Shown here piece by piece: positions 56,640-64,000 of a stretch of DNA of 64,000 bases (position 1 is its first letter; each line of letters opens with the position of its first letter). Position numbers and translations under genes: made by a program. This DNA is from Haliotis cracherodii (taxonomy: Eukaryota), in assembly GCF_022045235.1 (NCBI RefSeq), contig NW_027266281.1, positions 4,154,001 to 4,218,000 on the forward strand, read 5' to 3'. A model generated the notes under the pieces. That model was not told the DNA's origin. It saw only the letters and a program-made list of their open reading frames with translations, and searched no databases.

Positions 56640-57799
56640 ATGTATGGTTTTTTTTATTAACTCATAAACTTCTAGAATGCCAATCTTTGCTCTTTGTTGT
56701 TTATTCAGCAAGGGTACGTAGGCCATCGGTCCATGTAACAGCAGTTGTACAGCAGCCATTATTAAGATTGCAATTAACATCAGCCGTTTTGTCCTTAATT
56801 GCATAGACCTATGAATATACATAGCCAAATTTCTTATGATATTACTTTTATCACTTGAATTTATGTAACGTGGGAAATACATAGTAGTTTCTTGGAATGT
56901 ACTGTTCACGCAATTCGGCATACATCGGCAGACAAACATGAAATGATACTCATCCTCAACCAAACCTTTTTTAAAAACATTGCAAAACCTTTCATTTCTT
57001 GGAGCATTTGCATATCTGCCAGTCTCAATTTTTAGTTGATGAAAACTACATCTAAACTTTGCTAAAGCTACACGAAACTTATGGATAGAAATATACTATA
57101 GATTTATACTATTTAATGTAATTGAATGTTTTTACACCGTGTGACAAGGATACATGCCAGTCTTGCTGATAAATACATTTTGCTCTTACCATACATTCTG
57201 ATATATTTCGGCACCAAACAATAAAATTGACATCACTTTCCTATCTAAAACTTTGAAGAAATACGGCAAGGGTCTAAGTTTCAACAGATATTTTAAGATA
57301 CAAAATAATGTTGTTTTTTCTAGATTTCAACGAAGAACTCGTATAGTACTTATTCCACGTTAACTTCCTAGAAAATATTATACCCAAATACTTGTAAGAT
57401 GAACGACATTCAATGCGATTGCCCTCAAAATACCATTTCTCACGCTTAGAAAGGATACCACCGTTCTTAAAAAAACACAACTTTAGTTTTATCTAGATTT
57501 AAGGTTAGGCTTTATTGATGACAATACTGTTGTAACACGTTAATTCGTTTTTGTAAACCTACAATAGTGTCTGATAAAAGAACAACGTCATCCGCAAACA
57601 AAAGTAAGAATAAATGAGTCAAGTTTGGATGCAACTGGATGCCAGGAGAGCATAACTTTTCTACTTCATCAACAAGACTATTAATAAAGAATGAAAATAG
57701 CAAGGGACCTAAGACACATCCCTGACGAACCCCCACGCTACCGTCAAAAAACATATTTGAAACTAAACTATTAATTTAACACACGATTTTACACTTTCA
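56640..57799 (-). mobile_element. Degraded LINE RT to 3' end (RTE-X-like)
   Basis: GVRQGCVLGPLLF, LLFADD, YKYLGI and VEDEYHFMFVC. Confidence 0.92.
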
Positions 57800-57958
57800 N
57801 NNNNNNNNNNNNNNNNNNNNNNNNNNNNNNNNNNNNNNNNNNNNNNNNNNNNNNNNNNNNNNNNNNNNNNNNNNNNNNNNNNNNNNNNNNNNNNNNNNNN
57901 NNNNNNNNNNNNNNNNNNNNNNNNNNNNNNNNNNNNNNNNNNNNNNNNNNNNNNNNNN
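57800..57958. other. Assembly gap (159 N)
   Basis: Seen directly. Confidence 1.
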
Positions 57959-58148
57959 ATGATATTGAACGCGACATTAAACCCCAGTCCTTGCTTTAGC
58001 CCCTTAATGCCTAGCGTCAGGCAGGGTAACAATTAGTACCATCGTTTAACGTCTTTTGGTACGTTTTTCTTACCTATTCAATCTTGGTAGCTTAATTACA
58101 GTAATCCAAGGAGAATTCATTAATGTAACGTGTGTAGTATTCCTTGAC

Positions 58149-59585
58149 GATATTTGATGTTGTAGCGTTTACTTATGTTATCAGTATGTACATGTGTACG
58201 TTATTTATCATTATGTGGTATTTGATGTTGTAGCGTTTACTTATGTTATCAGTATGTACATGTGTACGTTATTTATCATTATGTGATATTTGATGTTGTA
58301 GCGTTTACTTATGTTATCAGTATGTACATGTGTACGTTATTTATCATTATGTGATATTTGATGTTGTAGCGTTAACTTATGTTATCAGTATGTACATGTG
58401 TACGTTATTTATCATTATGTGATATTTGATGTTGTAGCGTTTACTTATGTTATCAGTATGTACATGTGTACGTTATTTATCATTATGTGGTATTTGATGT
58501 TGTAGCGTTTACTTATGTTATCAGTATGTACATGTGTACGTTATTTATCATTATGTGGTATTTGATGTTGTAGCGTTTACTTATGTTATCAGTATGTACA
58601 TGTGTACGTTATTTATCATTATGTGGTATTTGATGTTGTAGCGTTTACTTATGTTATCAGTATGTACATGTGTACGTTATTTATCATTATGTGGTATTTG
58701 ATGTTGTAGCGTTTACTTATGTTATCAGTATGTACATGTGTACGTTATTTATCATTATGTGGTATTTGATGTTGTAGCGTTTACTTATGTTATCAGTATG
58801 TACATGTGTACGTTATTTATCATTATGTGGTATTTGATGTTGTAGCGTTTACTTATGTTATCAGTATGTACATGTGTACGTTATTTATCATTTTGTGATA
58901 TTTGATGTTGTAGCGTTTACTTATGTTATCAGTATGTACATGTGTACGTTATTTATCATTATGTGATATTTGATGTTGTAGCGTTTACTTATGTTATCAG
59001 TATGTACATGTGTACGTTATTTATCATTATGTGGTATTTGATGTTGTAGCGTTTACTTATGTTATCAGTATGTACATGTGTACGTTATTTATCATTGTGT
59101 GGTATTTGATGTTGTAGCGTTTACTTATGTTATCAGTATGTACATGTGTACGTTATTTATCATTATGTGGTATTTGATGTTGTAGCGTTTACTTATGTTA
59201 TCAGTATGTACATGTGTACGTTATTTATCATTATGTGGCATTTGATGTTGTAGCGTTTACTTATGTTATCAGTATGTACATGTGTACGTTATTTATCATT
59301 ATGTGGTATTTGATGTTGTAGCGTTTACTTATGTTTTCAGTATGTACATGTGTACGTTATTTATCATTATGTGGTATTTGATGTTGTAGCGTTTACTTAT
59401 GTTATCAGTATGTACATGTGTACGTTATTTATCATTATGTGGTATTTGATGTTGTAGCGTTTACTTATGTTTTCAGTATGTACATGTGTACGTTATTTAT
59501 CATTATGTGGTATTTGATGTTGTAGCGTTTACTTATGTTATCAGTATGTACATGTGTACGTTATTTATCATTATGTGGTATTTGA
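58149..59585. repeat. 68-bp tandem repeat, ~21 near-identical copies
   Basis: TATTTGATGTTG recurs at 58151, 58219 and 58287 and onward. Confidence 0.98.
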
Positions 59586-59656
59586 GGTTATGATAGAGTT
59601 ATCGAATATTATGATAAGGCCATGACGCGTCACTTTTTTTAATTAAACGGGTCGAG

Positions 59657-60078
59657 TGAGTGAGTGAGTTGGGTTTAACGCCGCTTTTAACAGCATTCCA
59701 GTAATCACGGCGTGTCAGCTTAATGTGGGAGAAAAGCACGAAGTGATGCAAGTCTCAGACGTTTACCACTTCGGTGAAACCCACGAGCACGGGTATGGTG
59801 CTGACAGTCGTCTAAGGCGCCGCGATTCGCTGTGAAGAGTTGTGTCCCTTAGGCACGCCAGTAACCTATGATTGTGGGTTCGATTCCAGGTTCTCCCCGA
59901 TTATGTTTCTAGGTTTGTCAGCACCATACCCGTGCTCGTGGGTTTCACCGAAGTGGTAAACGTCTGAGACCTCCATCACTTCGGGCTTTCCTCCCACATT
60001 AAGCTGACACGCTGCGACATAACTGTAATACTGTTAAAAGCGGCGTTCAACCTAACTCAATCACTCACTCACTCACTT
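59657..60078. mobile_element. Head-to-head fused pair of family C SINEs
   Basis: A minus-strand 3' half (59657-59806) abuts a near full-length plus-strand copy (59809-60078). Confidence 0.9.
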
Positions 60079-60907
60079 ACTTTTCAAGGACCGAACACCA
60101 GCAAGAGATATTTTACGGCCGTTTCTTAAGGTTCATGGAAAGTATGTTTGTTTGAAACATAAAAATGTTGATCAATGTTGTTTTAAGTTTCTTTTTACGC
60201 TTCATAAGTTAGCTAAAATACTTCCCTCGCGTTTTTATTATATTTAGAACCCTTATCCTCGCGGATTTTGGTTTTAAATATCATAAAAAAAACTCCGACG
60301 TGTTTTACCCTACCCATAATGAACCACCAGCGTGTCTGATCGTTTCAGTAGCTGTATATGGATATAAATCATTTTTTCCAATTTCAAATATCATGTCCTC
60401 CTTTTGTAAACTGCATACAGTCAACTATGACTGAAACGGTTTCATATCTAATTTAGTTGCTGACTGAGGGCCTCGAACGCAGGCAAATAGATTTGCTTCC
60501 CATGTCACAACAAGGTGATGTAACAAGAGTTATCCCCCTTCCATTACCTTTTACGTTTCGGCAGTCTGACGAATGATCACATGATCTTGTATTTTGCGTA
60601 GTTCCATCATAGGAGATTTCATAAACTATAAGAACATTCATAAGAAGATGTTTTATTCTATTTACCCACCTAAAACAGGATACATTTATTAAAAGTTGTT
60701 ACATTTTTAAATAAAGTTGTACAATAGTCAAAATAGTGTAATGTGTTGCTATTTCACTGTGATAATAATTTGTTTTCTATATCGTAACGTTTATGTTTTA
60801 TCGAGTCTTTCACTCCATTTTCGTCCTCACTGACACATTCAATTAATGTTATAGTTGTACATTAATCTTACTTCTGAAAACATGTCAGTGAGGACGAATA
60901 TACGAGG

Positions 60908-63284
60908 AACATTTGCCCACCTTTCCCTGATAGTCGCTCCAAATAACTACTCATTTCCTTACCTTTTCCCGATATTCGATCCTAATACCTAAACATTTTC
61001 TCTCCTTTCTCCGATATTTGCTCCTAATACCTAAACATTTCCTCCACTTTTCCCCGATATTCGATTCAATTACCTAAACATTTCCTCTCCTTTCCCCGAT
61101 ATTCGCTCCTAATACCTAAACATTTCCTCTCCTTTCCCCGATATTCGCTCCTAATACCTAAACATTTCCTCTCCTTTCCCCGATATTCGCTCCTAATACC
61201 TAAACAATTCCTCCACTTTACCCTGATATTGGCTCCTAATACTTAAACATTTCCTCACCTTTCCCCGATATTCACTCCTAATACCTAAACATTTCCTTAC
61301 CTTTCCGTTATATTCGCTCTTAATACATAAACAATTTCTCTTCTTTCCCCGATGTTCGCTCCTAATACCTAAACAATTCCTCCACTTATCCCTGATATTG
61401 GCTTCTAATACCTAAACATTTTCCCTCATATCCCTGATATTCGCTCTTAATACCTAAACATCTCCTCACCTTTTTCCTATATTCGCTCCTAATACCTAAA
61501 CATTTCCTCTCCTTGTTCCCGATATTCGCTCCTAATAACTAAACATTTTCTCTACTTTCCCCGATACTCGCTCCTAATACCAAAACATTTCCTTCACTTT
61601 TCACCGATATTCGCTCCAAATTCCTAAACATTTCCTCTCCTTTCCCCGATATTCGATCCTAATACCTAAACATTTCCTCTCCTTTTCACCGATATTCGCT
61701 CCTAATACCTAAACTATTCCTCCACTTTTCCCCGATATTCGCTCCTAATACCTAAACATTTCCTCTTCTTTTCACCGATATTCGCTCCTAATACCTAATC
61801 ATTTCAACTCCATTTCCTGATATTTGCTCCTTATACCTAAACAATTCCTCCATTTTTCCCCGATATTCGTTCTTAATACATAAACATTTCCTCACCTTTC
61901 CTCGATATTCGCTCTTAATACCTAAATATTTCCTCAACTTTGTCCTATATTCGCTCCTAATACCTAAACTATTCCTCCACTTTTCCCCGATATTTGCTCC
62001 TAATACCTAAACATTTCCTCACCTTTCCCCGATAGTCGCTCTTAATACCTAATCATTTCCACACCTTTCCTCGATATTTGCTCCTAATACCTAAACTATT
62101 CCTCCACTTTTCCCCGATATTCGCTCCTAATACCTAAACATTTCCTCTTCTTTTCACCGATATTCGCTCTTAATACCTAATCATTTCAACTCCATTTCCT
62201 GATATTCGCTCCTTATACCTAAACAATTCCTCCCTTTTTCCCCGATATTCGCTCTTAATACATAAACATTTCCTCACCTTTCCTCGATATTCGCTCTTAA
62301 TACCTAAATATTTCCTCACCTTTTTCCTATATTCGCTCCTAATACCTAAACTATTCCTCCACTTTTCCCTGATATTGGCTTCTAATACCTAAACATTTTC
62401 TTTCATATCCCTGATATTCGCTCTTAATACCTAAACATCTCCTCACCTTTTTCCTATATTCGCTCCTAATACCTAAACATTTCCTCCACTTTTCCCTGAT
62501 CTTCGCTCCTAATACCTAAACATTTCCACACCTTTTCCCCTATATTCGCTCCTAATACCTAATCATTTCAACTCCATTTCCTGATATTCGCTCCTTATAC
62601 CTAAACAATTCCTCCCTTTTTCCACGATATTCGCTCTTAATACATAAACATTTCCTCACCTTTCCTCGATATTCGCTCTTAATACCTAAATATTTCCTCA
62701 CCTTTTTCCTATATTCGCTCCTAATACCTAAACTATTCCTCCACTTTTCCCCGATATTTGCTCCTAATACCTAAACATTTCCTCACCTTTCCCCGATAGT
62801 CGCTCTTAATACCTAATCATTTCCACACCTTTCCCCGATATTTGCTCCTAATACCTAAACATTTCCTCACCTTTCCCCGATAGTCGCTCCTAATACCTAA
62901 TCAGTTCCACACCTTTCCCCGATATTTGCTCCTAATGCCTAAAAATTTCCTCTCCTTTCCCCGAAAGTCGCTCCTAATACCTAATCATTTCCACGACATT
63001 CTCTGATATTCGCTCCTAATGCCTAAACATTTCCTCACCTTTTCCCAGTAACTCGACCCTAATACCTAAACATTTCCTCACCTATTTTCAGTAACTCGAC
63101 CCTAATACCTAAACATTCCCACACCATTCCCTTATATTCGCTCCTAATACCTAAACATTTCCTCACCTATTTTCAGTAACTCGACCCTAATACCTAAACA
63201 TTCCCACACCATTCCCTTATATTCGCTCCTAATACCTAAACATTTCCTCACATATTTTCAGTAACTCGACCCTAATACCTAAAC
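60908..63284. repeat. 42-43-bp satellite with a 382-bp (9-mer) higher-order repeat
   Basis: Unit CCTTTCCCCGATATTCGCTCCTAATACCTAAACATTTCCTCT. The variant AATCATTTCAACTCC occurs at 61797, 62179 and 62561. Confidence 0.96.
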
Positions 63285-64000
63285 GTTGCATCACCGTTTC
63301 CCCACTGTTTGTTTGAACTATTTCCGGACTATTCACAACAGTCGGGTTCCAGCCCACGTGCTTTCATTCCAACATGGTGTCACAGTTATGTTTGCTCAAC
63401 AGATGGAGTTGTCACATTATCGTTGCGCAACCGATGTTGTCACGAACGAGTACATCGCCGTGGCAGCCTGTGGCTTTCATGAAACATCGGCAAAGTCGAA
63501 AATGAAATTACTGAAGACAATAACCATGCTTTGATATCACCCTTTCGCGGTCCATATCGATTTGTTGTGTCTCCAGAGATCGAATGATGCAAATCAATTC
63601 ACTGCAGACGACAGACGGGACTACTTTCAAAGGAGAAACTACTATAGCGTATTAATTGATTCCAATCGGAGCTCGTCTGGATAGAGCGCGCGGAAATGCC
63701 TACTTGAGTTCGGTGTAACATGCCAACAGACTGACTGATTCGATCCAACTTGTGGAGAAATATTCGGAAATAGCTATTAGATAATTGCTTCAAACGGATC
63801 TGGGACAGAATACCTTTGAAATCCTTCAGTTGCTTATAGCATAGGAGTGGATGCCTTTTGGCTGTTCTTATTCAACAAGACAGTCTCTCGGCGTTATTAC
63901 CTCTTTATGCATAACCAGCGTCTCCAACCACTCAGCTTCGTCAAACATAACCTCTTTATGACTGATAGACTATTGCCTAAAGAGTAGTTCCAGGGATAAT

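Overview
Eukaryotic, intron-rich animal DNA, probably a gastropod such as abalone. That assignment is inferred from the tRNA-derived SINEs with (CTCA)n tails, Meta-domain-like SINEs, Nimb/I-type and RTE-X-like LINE relics. Roughly a third of the window is long tandem arrays with 31, 36, 39, 40, 42, 48, 68, 79 and ~195 bp units, and these produce all the long repetitive ORFs in the track. Much of the rest is nested TE debris: three SINE families, LINE fragments, Tc1/mariner relics, MITEs and hairpin-ended Crypton-like elements. Real protein-coding content is absent from the ORF track or read out of frame. It comprises (1) a signal-peptide exon plus the first half of an SRCR domain (+), (2) a disrupted secreted EGF+VWA gene (+) with a TATA/Inr promoter candidate, a 1206-bp duplication of early exons, a 1-bp frameshift, a MITE in the VWA exon and a 4-bp insertion, and (3) a truncated TRIM-type NHL exon (-). 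The most unusual observations are a 4.1-kb satellite apparently amplified in place from the endonuclease 'SDVH' motif of the LINE it interrupts, headless SINEs that start exactly at a pseudoknot-forming domain, and in-frame GT-AG routes around both VWA lesions. I see no clearly new multi-gene system.
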